Source of the DNA: a virus
Virus record (IMG/VR): IMGVR_UViG_3300045971_000247
Location: 2,313-66,312 of that record
DNA length: 64,000 nucleotides
Strand: one strand, 5' to 3'
In this document: positions 35,497-44,100 of the stretch, in pieces
Position numbering within the stretch: the first letter of the stretch is position 1
Layout: each line of letters starts with the position of its first letter
The notes under the pieces: generated by a model
Database searches by the model: none
The model's input: the letters and a program-made list of their open reading frames with translations, nothing else
Told to the model about the DNA's origin: nothing
Program-made: the position numbers and the translations under genes

Positions 35497-35942
35497 GTAC
35501 CCGCTCCCGCATCGGCTATCAACTCGACGACGGCACCGTCCGTTCGATCTATTGCCACAACGATGGCTACATCGACGCACCCCACGGCGTCGGCTACAAG
35601 CTGCTCACGTACTTCAACAACTTGGCGTCCGCCCAGGCCATCGTGTCACTCGGCAACCTGAGTTCGCTGTACCCCAAGCTGGCACCGCCGAAGAACAAGA
35701 AACACTCCATCGACGACCCGATCAAGGGCGTCACGGTGGCCTACACGCGTGACCGCGGTGAACCCGACTGCAAGGGCGTCACCGACCGCGATGACGCTCG
35801 CTTCTTCGCTGGGGGCGAGGAGTACAACTATCTGTTCCGCCATGGCATGTGGCTGGTGCAGTCGGATCACGGCGCCGACGAGCGATTCAAGTTGCCGACC
35901 GACCTAACCGTCGCCGTCACCACCCAGAGACTGACGGCATGA
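35493..35942 (+). CDS. Conserved phage protein ending TTQRLTA
   Basis: MSTRSRIG, SIYCHNDGY, EEYNYLF. Confidence 0.8.
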   Translation: MSTRSRIGYQLDDGTVRSIYCHNDGYIDAPHGVGYKLLTYFNNLASAQAIVSLGNLSSLYPKLAPPKNKKHSIDDPIKGVTVAYTRDRGEPDCKGVTDRDDARFFAGGEEYNYLFRHGMWLVQSDHGADERFKLPTDLTVAVTTQRLTA

Positions 35943-36130
35943 CCAACTCCCGAACCGTCCTCCGCGCCCACCTTGCCGTTTGGTACATGGTGGAAGTCGG
36001 CGAAGCCTCTCACCCAACCGTCATCGACACCGACGGCCACCGCAAGCAATGGGTGGGCATCGGTTGGATCGACGAAGGCCCCGCAACCGCCGAAGACAAG
36101 GCGACCCTCCCCTACGTCAAGGAGGACTGA
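35939..36130 (+). CDS. Hypothetical protein
   Basis: KQWVGIGWIDEG; coupled start. Confidence 0.65.
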   Translation: MTNSRTVLRAHLAVWYMVEVGEASHPTVIDTDGHRKQWVGIGWIDEGPATAEDKATLPYVKED

Positions 36131-36258
36131 TGACTTTCGCCCACATCTGCGCCATCTTGGCCGCCAAGCGCTGTGCCGCAAACGGCATGACGGTCAAGAA
36201 CATCGCCCTTCAGGCCAAACGTCACCCCTCAACCATTCGCCGCTGGATCAACACATGA
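36130..36258 (+). CDS. Small HTH-like protein
   Basis: GGAGG RBS; TVKNIALQAKRHPSTIRRWI. Confidence 0.55.
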   Translation: MTFAHICAILAAKRCAANGMTVKNIALQAKRHPSTIRRWINT

Positions 36259-36626
36259 GCACCCCCTCCCCCACCGCCCTGGTCATCGCCTCTCTCATCG
36301 AGAGCCTGCTGGCCCCCGTGTTCACCGCCATGTCGGCGCCGCTGCTGGAGCGCATCAAGGCGCTCGAAGACGTGGCGCACACGCCCGACGAGAAGAGCTT
36401 GTCCGAGCGTATGGACGCGCTGGAGACCAAGACCGCCATTGCCATCGGCGAGAAGTTCGACGAGGCCGTCTTGGAGTGCATCAGGGAATGCCCCACCGAA
36501 GTCCTCGACGCGATCGAAGACGAGTTGACCGAGAAGATCAAGACGGCCCGCGAAGACAGCCTGGAAGAGTCCGTGGCCTCGGTCATCCGCAACGGCTCGT
36601 TCAACATCGAGTTCAGCCGGTACTGA
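36255..36626 (+). CDS. Hypothetical protein
   Basis: Coupled start; acidic helical sequence. Confidence 0.65.
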   Translation: MSTPSPTALVIASLIESLLAPVFTAMSAPLLERIKALEDVAHTPDEKSLSERMDALETKTAIAIGEKFDEAVLECIRECPTEVLDAIEDELTEKIKTAREDSLEESVASVIRNGSFNIEFSRY

Positions 36627-36627
36627 G

Positions 36628-37503
36628 ATGGCCACCTTCAAGCCCATGCTGGCCTCGCCAGCCGACCTCGACAACGTCCGCTACCCGGCGTTCGCGTCAC
36701 CGAAGCTCGACGGCATCCGCTGCTCGATTGTCGGTGGCAAGGCGCTCAGCCGCACGCTCAAGGAGATCCCGAGCCGACACGTGTTCAACATGCTGAGCAA
36801 GCCAGAGTTCGAAGGCTTCGACGGTGAACTCATCGTCGGCGCCCCAACCTCACCAAACTGCTACCGCGACACCGTCAGCATGGTGATGGCCGACAACAAA
36901 GTGTTCCTCTTCACGTACTACGTGTTCGACCTTTGGAACCACTCGGGCCACTTCTACTTGCGCCGCCTGGACCTGGAACAGCGCATGCACAAGATGAAGT
37001 CCGGCTACATCGAGTTCGTGCAGCACTCTCAGATCGAACATCGAGAGCAACTCGATGCCTACGAAGCCGAGCAAGTTGGCCTGGGCCACGAAGGCATCAT
37101 GCTGGCCGACCCGAAGGCGGCCTACAAGTTCGGCCGGGCCACGACCAAGGGCGGTGAACTGCTGAAGGTCAAGCGCTTCGTCGACGCCGAGGCCATCGTC
37201 ATCGGTATCGAAGAAGAGATGTTCAACGGCAACGAGGCGCAGACCAACGAACTCGGCCGCACGAAGCGCAGCACGGCCAAGGCCGGTCTGGTCGGCAAGG
37301 GCACGATGGGCGCGCTGGTCGTACGCGACGTGAAGACCGGCGTCGAGTTCAACATCGGTACAGGGTTCACGGCGGCGGACCGCCAACGCTTTGCACTTGG
37401 CGGCATCCTCGGTGAGACCGTCAAATACAAGTCCTTCCCCGTCGGCGTCAAGGACAAACCCCGCCACCCCGTTTACCTGGGCCTGCGGCCCGCAGGAGCA
37501 TGA
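36628..37503 (+). CDS. lig: ATP-dependent DNA ligase
   Basis: SPKLDGIR (motif I), FDGEL, YVFD, EGIML, LLKVK. Confidence 0.93.
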   Translation: MATFKPMLASPADLDNVRYPAFASPKLDGIRCSIVGGKALSRTLKEIPSRHVFNMLSKPEFEGFDGELIVGAPTSPNCYRDTVSMVMADNKVFLFTYYVFDLWNHSGHFYLRRLDLEQRMHKMKSGYIEFVQHSQIEHREQLDAYEAEQVGLGHEGIMLADPKAAYKFGRATTKGGELLKVKRFVDAEAIVIGIEEEMFNGNEAQTNELGRTKRSTAKAGLVGKGTMGALVVRDVKTGVEFNIGTGFTAADRQRFALGGILGETVKYKSFPVGVKDKPRHPVYLGLRPAGA

Positions 37504-37504
37504 C

Positions 37505-37735
37505 GTGATCCCTCCCTTCACCCGCAAAACTTGGCACGGCTTTCAGATCGAAGACCGCCACGGCGACCTTGTCTGCGACGCAGCCGGCGAAGCCGAGATG
37601 CAGCGCCTCTTGAAGGCGCTGAACCCTCCACCCGCCGTCTACATCGACGCGCTAGACGACCACGACATCTGCGACGCCATGATGGGCCTGCCGGTGGAGT
37701 TCTTCAACCCGAACCCGCTCTTTGGGCATCCATGA
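37505..37735 (+). CDS. Hypothetical protein
   Basis: AGGAG RBS before GTG. Confidence 0.5.
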   Translation: MIPPFTRKTWHGFQIEDRHGDLVCDAAGEAEMQRLLKALNPPPAVYIDALDDHDICDAMMGLPVEFFNPNPLFGHP

Positions 37736-37914
37736 AGTGCCCAACCTGCCGCAGAACGGCCAAGGTGACCCGCACCTCAGTCCTCGCCTCGGGCCAGATC
37801 AAACGTCAGCGCACGTGTAGCAAGCTCCACGTCTTCGAGACAGTGGAGGTCTTGTTCAAGGAGCCGGCTACGACCCCATGGCAAAGCACCGAGCCAGAGC
37901 ATGAACCTGCCTGA
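37732..37914 (+). CDS. Small zinc-ribbon protein (Ogr/NrdR-N-like)
   Basis: MKCPTC...RQRTC..HVFETVE. Confidence 0.65.
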   Translation: MKCPTCRRTAKVTRTSVLASGQIKRQRTCSKLHVFETVEVLFKEPATTPWQSTEPEHEPA

Positions 37915-38218
37915 GACCCTCGACCTCCCCGCGGCCGCGGCCTTCTGCGGCCTGCACCCCAACACCTTGCGCGAGATGGCAGCACGGGGTGATGCCCCGG
38001 GCGCCAAGCCGGCTCGCGCCTGGATCTTCATCAAGGACGACCTGCTCGCGTGGATGCGTGGGCAGTACGTGGAGAAAGCGCCATGCCACTCTACAAGCAA
38101 GCGGGCAGCGAAGTCTGGTGGGTCTCGATCAGCGAGCCCGGTCAGCCTCGGCTACGTCGGTCTACTGGAACAGCAGATCGCGCTGCGGCGGAAAAGCGCG
38201 CACGCGAAATCCAGATAG
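37901..38218 (+). CDS. xis: Excisionase-like HTH protein
   Basis: LDLPAAAAFCGLHPNTLREMAARG..PGAK..RAWIF; directly upstream of and overlapping the integrase. Confidence 0.8.
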   Translation: MNLPETLDLPAAAAFCGLHPNTLREMAARGDAPGAKPARAWIFIKDDLLAWMRGQYVEKAPCHSTSKRAAKSGGSRSASPVSLGYVGLLEQQIALRRKSAHAKSR

Positions 38219-39123
38219 AGGTCTGGACCCGGCGGCCTGACCCCGCTGCCGGCCACAGCTGGGGTCAGGCCGTCATGGCGTGGCTCGAGGTCGAGACCCG
38301 CAGTGACAGCGAACTGCTGTCGCTGGCCAAGTTCGGCAAGGTCTTCCCCGACCGGCCGCTGAGCGAGGTCACCCGGGACGACGTGGACAAGGCGCTGTCC
38401 TTCTGCAAGACGGCCGGCACCTACATGCGCTACCGCACCATGATCGCTGCCATCCTGAACCTCGCCAAGACCGCCGGCTGGCTGCCCAGCCCGCCGCTGC
38501 TGGCCGTCAGGCGGGACAAGAAGCGCAAGAAAAGGGACTGGCTGACCCATGAGCAGTGGGACGCCCTTTTGACCCAGCTGCCGGCCCACCTAAAGGCTCC
38601 AGCGACCTTCGCCGTGGAGACCGGCCTGCGGCAGGCGAACGTCCTGGGGCTGAGATGGGAGCGCGTCGACCTAGACCGAAGGATGGTATGGGTGGAGGGC
38701 GAAGACGCCAAGGCCGGCGACGCCATCCCGGTGCCCCTGAACGACGCCGCGCTGGCTGTGCTGGTGGCCCAGAAGACGCTGCCGCCCTACAAGCCCAAGC
38801 GCGGGGTCCAGCGCCCCACCAGCGCGTTCGTTTTCACCTTCCGGGGCTCACCCATCGCCGACATCAAAACGGCTTTCATGGCGGCCTGTGTGAGGGCTGA
38901 GGTGGGCGCCTACGTCAGCGAGGACGGGCAGAGCCACTACGAGGGCTTCACGTGGCACGGACTGCGTCACACGTGGGCCACTTGGCATGCCCGAAACGGC
39001 ACGCCCATGGAGGTGCTGCAAAAGCTGGGTGGGTGGAGCGACCCGCGGATGGTGGCGAACTACGCCCATCACGCCCCTGGTTTCATCGCTGGCTACGCCG
39101 GCAACACAAGGAAGAAAGAATGA
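38083..39123 (+). CDS. int: Tyrosine integrase
   Basis: TGLRQAN, AK, HGLRHTWA, LGGW..MV..Y catalytic set; GGAG RBS. Confidence 0.95.
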   Translation: MPLYKQAGSEVWWVSISEPGQPRLRRSTGTADRAAAEKRAREIQIEVWTRRPDPAAGHSWGQAVMAWLEVETRSDSELLSLAKFGKVFPDRPLSEVTRDDVDKALSFCKTAGTYMRYRTMIAAILNLAKTAGWLPSPPLLAVRRDKKRKKRDWLTHEQWDALLTQLPAHLKAPATFAVETGLRQANVLGLRWERVDLDRRMVWVEGEDAKAGDAIPVPLNDAALAVLVAQKTLPPYKPKRGVQRPTSAFVFTFRGSPIADIKTAFMAACVRAEVGAYVSEDGQSHYEGFTWHGLRHTWATWHARNGTPMEVLQKLGGWSDPRMVANYAHHAPGFIAGYAGNTRKKE

Positions 39124-39425
39124 AACTCGTCATCGAGATCCCCGACGAAGCACTGCGCAACGCAGTGCAGGCCCAGATCGGCATCGCGCTCTCTACAATG
39201 ACCCGCGAGCACATCGAAGCCGAGGCCAAGACGATCATCAGCACGGCCATGCAGCGCGTTGACTGGACGCGCACGGCAGAACGCGAAGCCCGCTCACTGC
39301 TCAAGGACAAGATCGAAAACGCCATCAGCGAAGTGCTGGGCAACCAGTCCTACCAGCGCCGCGAAGCCGTCCGCAAGATCATCAACGAAGTGGCGCTGCA
39401 AGCGCTGAAGGACGGGGCCAAGTGA
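39120..39425 (+). CDS. Hypothetical protein
   Basis: ATGA coupling to the integrase. Confidence 0.65.
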   Translation: MKLVIEIPDEALRNAVQAQIGIALSTMTREHIEAEAKTIISTAMQRVDWTRTAEREARSLLKDKIENAISEVLGNQSYQRREAVRKIINEVALQALKDGAK

Positions 39426-39739
39426 ACATCGACTACGCCGCCATCATCGCCAAAGCCAACGAGCGCAAGGACGCGCTTATAAAGTTCGAACTTGCTATGC
39501 AAGAACTTTTTGGCGAAATCAACGAATCGCTCGAACCCGACCTGATCATCGCCGCACGCCACTGGGTCACCGCCTGGAACAAGTTGGACGCCGAAGCAAA
39601 GGAAATGGTAAGCGCTTCCGACGGCCACCAAGTCCACAAGTTCTTGCTGACGCTTCTTCAAAGCTGGCGCCTGCTCGACACAGGAGACACCTGGAACCAA
39701 AAGCCGCGCGACGCCCTTTACAAGATGGACAGCAAATGA
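39422..39739 (+). CDS. Hypothetical protein
   Basis: GTGA coupling. Confidence 0.6.
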   Translation: MNIDYAAIIAKANERKDALIKFELAMQELFGEINESLEPDLIIAARHWVTAWNKLDAEAKEMVSASDGHQVHKFLLTLLQSWRLLDTGDTWNQKPRDALYKMDSK

Positions 39740-39963
39740 CCACCGGCCCCTACCGCGTCGTCGAAGTCTGGGCCGAAGACGATGTGCTGGTCACGTGCGG
39801 CAACTGCGAATGGATCGGCACAGCCGGCGGTACGACAGACATCGAAGTCTGCTCGCTGACCGCCGGCGACCCGTCGCCCGTCGGCCGCTGCCCTGAATGC
39901 GAATGCCTGTGCTACGTCGAAGAGCAGCCGGCTATGACAGCGACTATGACCGAGCCGCCTTAA
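39736..39963 (+). CDS. Small zinc-finger protein
   Basis: CGNC...CPEC. Confidence 0.65.
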   Translation: MTTGPYRVVEVWAEDDVLVTCGNCEWIGTAGGTTDIEVCSLTAGDPSPVGRCPECECLCYVEEQPAMTATMTEPP

Positions 39964-40146
39964 TCTAAGATGCTTCAGGCTGTTCTAAACCAGATCCCAC
40001 TTCGAACAAGTTGCCCTGTTCACCTATGAGAACTGGTAGGCGCGAATGGACTCGAACCATCGACCCCCACCATGTCAAGGTGTCGGGGTAGCTCCAAACG
40101 CAAGGACTGGCGCGGGTTTCTCCGCGCCTATGACCAAAACTATGAC
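39932..40146. other. attP: attP region: core plus arm-type repeats
   Basis: CTATGAC pairs with 12-bp period at 39932/39944 and 40128/40140 flank the tRNA-derived core. Confidence 0.8.
40034..40082 (-). other. attP core = 3' 49 nt of tRNA-Val(GAC); not a full tRNA
   Basis: Minus strand CACCTTGACATGGTGGGGGTCGATGGTTCGAGTCCATTCGCGCCTACCA has the anticodon arm, T arm and CCA; D arm and 5' acceptor strand are absent. Confidence 0.9.
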
Positions 40147-40423
40147 ACGAACCCCAGCCATGCTCCGCGCCGTCCTGGACGACGCGGGCGTCTCGCTTGC
40201 CGACTGCCTGGAGGCCTTCACCCTCAACATGCCGCCCGAAGACCTCATGCTCGCCGAAGCCGCCCGGGTCATCCACAGCGACGAGACCTTCGACTTCGAC
40301 GACTTCCCCATCGTCTCGCGCGGCGACGCCAACGGCGCCTACGTCATGTGCTGGGCTTGGATCGACAACCCTGAGACCGTCACCACCGAGACGTTGAGCA
40401 TGCCGCTCGACGCTACCGTCTAA
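40130..40423 (+). CDS. Hypothetical protein (start uncertain: 40130, 40142 or 40160)
   Basis: DFDDFPIVSRGD.NGAYVMCWAWI; codon bias. Confidence 0.65.
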   Translation: MTKTMTRTPAMLRAVLDDAGVSLADCLEAFTLNMPPEDLMLAEAARVIHSDETFDFDDFPIVSRGDANGAYVMCWAWIDNPETVTTETLSMPLDATV

Positions 40424-40445
40424 CCCAACCGCCCGAAAGGCAACC

Positions 40446-40652
40446 ATGAAACTCTACAAGACGACCTATTTCAAATCCGACGACGGCGAGGCTCAGACCG
40501 GCCGCTTCTTCGACGGCACGGCCGCCGAAGCAAGCAAAAGGCGGACGTCTCTGAAGGCTGCCGACAAGGAGTCGAAACCCGTCACAACGACCGTGGACGT
40601 GTTTGCAAAAAAGACCGAACTTTTGCAGTTCCTGAACGAGTTGGTGGCCTGA
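40446..40652 (+). CDS. Hypothetical protein
   Basis: AAAGG RBS, MKLYKTTY. Confidence 0.7.
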   Translation: MKLYKTTYFKSDDGEAQTGRFFDGTAAEASKRRTSLKAADKESKPVTTTVDVFAKKTELLQFLNELVA

Positions 40653-40694
40653 GCTAGACTGCGCATTCCGTAGGGTGTTCGTGTGGCACTTCTC

Positions 40695-40808
40695 CATAGG
40701 TATTCTTACTATCTTACTTTCTTACAATCTTTCTTTTATTTCAAAATAAAAAGAAGAGAAGAAGAGGGAAAAGAGAAGAAGTGTTTCCTATAGAGATAGG
40801 CGCCGCCG
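40695..40808 (-). other. AT-rich iteron element B (inverted homolog of element A)
   Basis: TCTTACTA TCTTACTT TCTTACAA at 40704-40727, purine tract, GTGTTTCCTATAGA and GGCGCCG. Confidence 0.6.
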
Positions 40809-40824
40809 GAATGTGTGAAAAGCT

Positions 40825-41094
40825 ATGCACTCAAACTTCCTGTTAGGCTCCCTCCAGATGACCGCCGAGGCGCGCATGATCCTCAAGCGCGTGCCCTACG
40901 ACCTTGTCTGCCGACACGCGATCAACGAGCACGGCCACATCTCTGAGCGCCAGCGCAAGATCAATGCGCTGAGCATGAAGACGATCGGGCCGATCAAGTC
41001 GCGCTACAGGGCTGACCCCACCAACCCCCACTCCAAGTTCGTCGTCATCAAAACCGACGAGACCTGGAGCACAACGCTCATCGACGTTGAATGA
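40825..41094 (+). CDS. Hypothetical protein
   Basis: RHAINEHG, IKSRY, KTDETWSTT; last plus-strand gene. Confidence 0.65.
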   Translation: MHSNFLLGSLQMTAEARMILKRVPYDLVCRHAINEHGHISERQRKINALSMKTIGPIKSRYRADPTNPHSKFVVIKTDETWSTTLIDVE

Positions 41095-41177
41095 ACCCGC
41101 CCGGCCTGAGCGCCGGGCTCTCCCTCTACACCTCGTACTCCTTGGGAATGGGGCTTGGGGAAAGGACAGAGGAAGGG

Positions 41178-44100
41178 TCAGTCAGCGACTTCCCGGATGT
41201 GGCTGGCCGTGCCGCCCAGCATCCGCAGCCCAGGCACAGCGTCGATCACGTTCTTGCCCAGGTCAGCCGGGTGCGTCACCAAGTTGATCGCCTGCTCGAC
41301 CGTCGGCCCGAACAGGCTGAACGGGTCGCGCATCGCATCAGCGCCCAGCTGGAACTTGCCGGCCAGCCCGCCGCGGCTCGCACCGTGCTCGATCCAGTCG
41401 GCTGCGTTCCAGGTCTTCATGTAGTCAGGCAGCGAGCCGGCGTTCGTCGCCATGCCCTTGACCACGTCGCTGACGATCATGATCGGGATGACGCTGGACA
41501 GCGCGCCGATCGGGTTCATGTTGCCCTGCCGCGCCTCGTTCCACGCCCGCTTCAGGATGACGTGGTGCATCGCGTACGTGAACTGCTTCAGGTGGTAGAA
41601 GACGGCGTAGTGTGGGTCACTGGCCCGGCTCGGGCGCAGGCCGGCGTTGGGCGACAGCACCGCGCCCTCGACCCAGCGCACGACGGCGTTGTGGATGCGC
41701 TCGGCGTCCTTCGTGGCCTTCGCCATGACCTGAGCCCGCGCCGCCTCGTCCATGCCCTCTGTCGTCCGTATCTGGGCCAGGACGTTCCGGTCCCAGACCA
41801 GCTTGCCGTCGTTGTCCAGTGTGATGTCCGCCGGCTTCAGGCCAAGCTCGGCCAGCCAGCGGGCGCTGTGCTCCTTGTCGGGCAGCGCCTTGTGCCGCTC
41901 CAGGAACTGCGTGGCGAACTTCGTGGCCGTCACCCGCATGCTGCGGTCCCAGGCTGTCAGGCCGTTGACCATGAACAGCTTGCGGCCGATGTTGCGCGCC
42001 GCGTCGGTCATGAACTCGCTGGTGTGGGCCTTGCCTACCTGCTCCAGGAACATGTGGCTGTCGACGACGCCCATGGCTTCAGCCATGTTCTCCAGCGGTG
42101 AGACCTGACGCGGGCCGGGCATGTCGCTGGCGTTGCGCTTCCAGTTGGCGAACACGTCCCTGAGACCGTTGACGAAGCCCTCGTAGGCTGCGCCCAGGCC
42201 GCCCTCGTCCGTGCGCGCGGCAAGGCCAGCGACGTCACCGAAGGCAGCGAACAGGCTCAGCGGCAGCAGGCGCAGGTTCTGGTAGGCGATCAGGGCGCTG
42301 GACAGCTTGCGCGCGCCGTCGCTGATGTCGCCGCCCAGCGAGCCCTCCATGGCCGCCACGGCGTTGCGCGCGTTCCCCATGTGCCGGTCGACGACGACCT
42401 TGGCCTCGTCGCCCTTGACGCCCTTCTCGGCCAGATGGTCGTACATCTCCTGCTCGGCCGGGCCATAGGTCGTGCGGGGTTCGAGCTTGCCGGTGCTGGG
42501 GTCGAGTTCGAGGTTGCCCTTCATGACCAGGGCCTTCTTCAGGCCCTGCCCGCCTTCACCGAACTTGTTCGTGAACTCGGCCGCGCGCACGCCCTGCTGG
42601 AAGTAGCGGGACAGAGCGCCCACCAGATCCTTCTCCAGGAAGCCCTTGATGTCGCCGCTCTCCAGCCACTTGAAGCTGCGCTCTTTGCTCGACGCAAAGA
42701 ACGGCTTGAAGATCACGTCGCCCATGTCGGACTCGGCGTCCAGGGCGTTGTCGTCTACGCCGCCGCGATCGACCAGCGACCGGTGCATGGCGTCGATCAG
42801 ATCCTCTTTGCTCTTGCGATCAGCGGCCGGCAGTTTGACGTTGATCGCCGTGAGCATGTTGCCCAGCACCTTGTCGTACTTCGACTGGTTCAGCATGGCG
42901 ACGAACTTCGCCTTGCCGTCGCCTTCGATCAGCTTGGACACGTCCCAGATCCGAGGGAAATAGTTGGAGATGTACTCCAGCTTCATGCCGCGGCCCGTGG
43001 CGTACTGGTGGTAGCGCTCCAGCAGGTTGTGGACGTCGTCGTAGGCTTTGCGCTGGAGGTCGAGCTTCAGCGTGTCGCGTGCCTTCGGGTCTTCGGCCTG
43101 GAGCGCTTCGATGACCGCCAGCCGGTCCTTGTCGTTGAGCTTGGAGCGCGTACCGATGACGCGGTCCATCTGGTTCGAGAACTTGCGCATCATCGTCGTG
43201 CGCGCGTTGATGAAGCCCGGCTCGTGCTGGCCCGCGGCCGCGTCGCCCGGGTTTGAGAAGAACTTCGCGCCCAGGCTGCGGATCGTCGCGCTCATCGCCT
43301 CCTTGTCGAGCACGTCGTGCGCCGGGCTGAGTTCGTAGTGGAGCCGCTGGGTCAGCTTGTCCCACTTCAGCTTCACGTCCTCGTTCCAGGACTCGCGGTC
43401 GGTGGTCTTCTTGATCGCCTTCGACGCCGCGTCGGGCTCGGCCAGCTTGCCCTCGTGGAACGCCGTCATGATGTCCAGGGCGATTTCGCTCTCGCGCACC
43501 ATGCCCAGCACCGTGCGCAGCGCCCGGCGGAACTTGTCGAACAGAGTAGTGGCCGGCTTGTCCACGTCGAGTGCGCCAGCGGCCCAGAACTGGAAAGCGT
43601 AGGCGACGCGCTCTTCGGGGTCACGGGCCATGGCTTCGAGGGCGGCCGCCTCGTCGCGCAACAGGCCCTTCACGCGCTCGTAGATTTCGCCGCTGCCTAG
43701 CACGTTCTTGAGCTTGGCCGCGGCCTCGGGGTTGTGCTCGACGAGGCGGCTGAAGAAGGCGTGCAGCGCCTCGTGGTGGGCGACGGTCTCCAGACCCGGG
43801 CCTTTGCCCAGCGCGAGCTTGATGAGGTTCTCAGCACTGACCCACTCTCCGGCTGCGTCGAAGTCCTTGAGGAACTGAACCTTGACCTTCGGTCCGAGCA
43901 CCTTGGCGATGTAGGCCTTGGCCTTGGCCATGGCCTCGTCGCTCGGCGCGGCGTTGGCCTGGGCCTGGATGCCGGCGGGCGTGGCCTGCTCGTTGAGCTT
44001 GCGGCCCTCGGTGGCGGGTGCCGGTGCAGGCGCACCCGCGGGCTCAGCCTTCGGCTTCACCTCTGGTGCCGGCAGCAGCTTCGTCAGCGCCTCCTTCAAG

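Noticed and set aside
40034-40082. Functional tRNA-Val gene
   Set aside because: Only the anticodon arm through CCA is present; the D arm and 5' acceptor strand are missing, so it is called as the attP core
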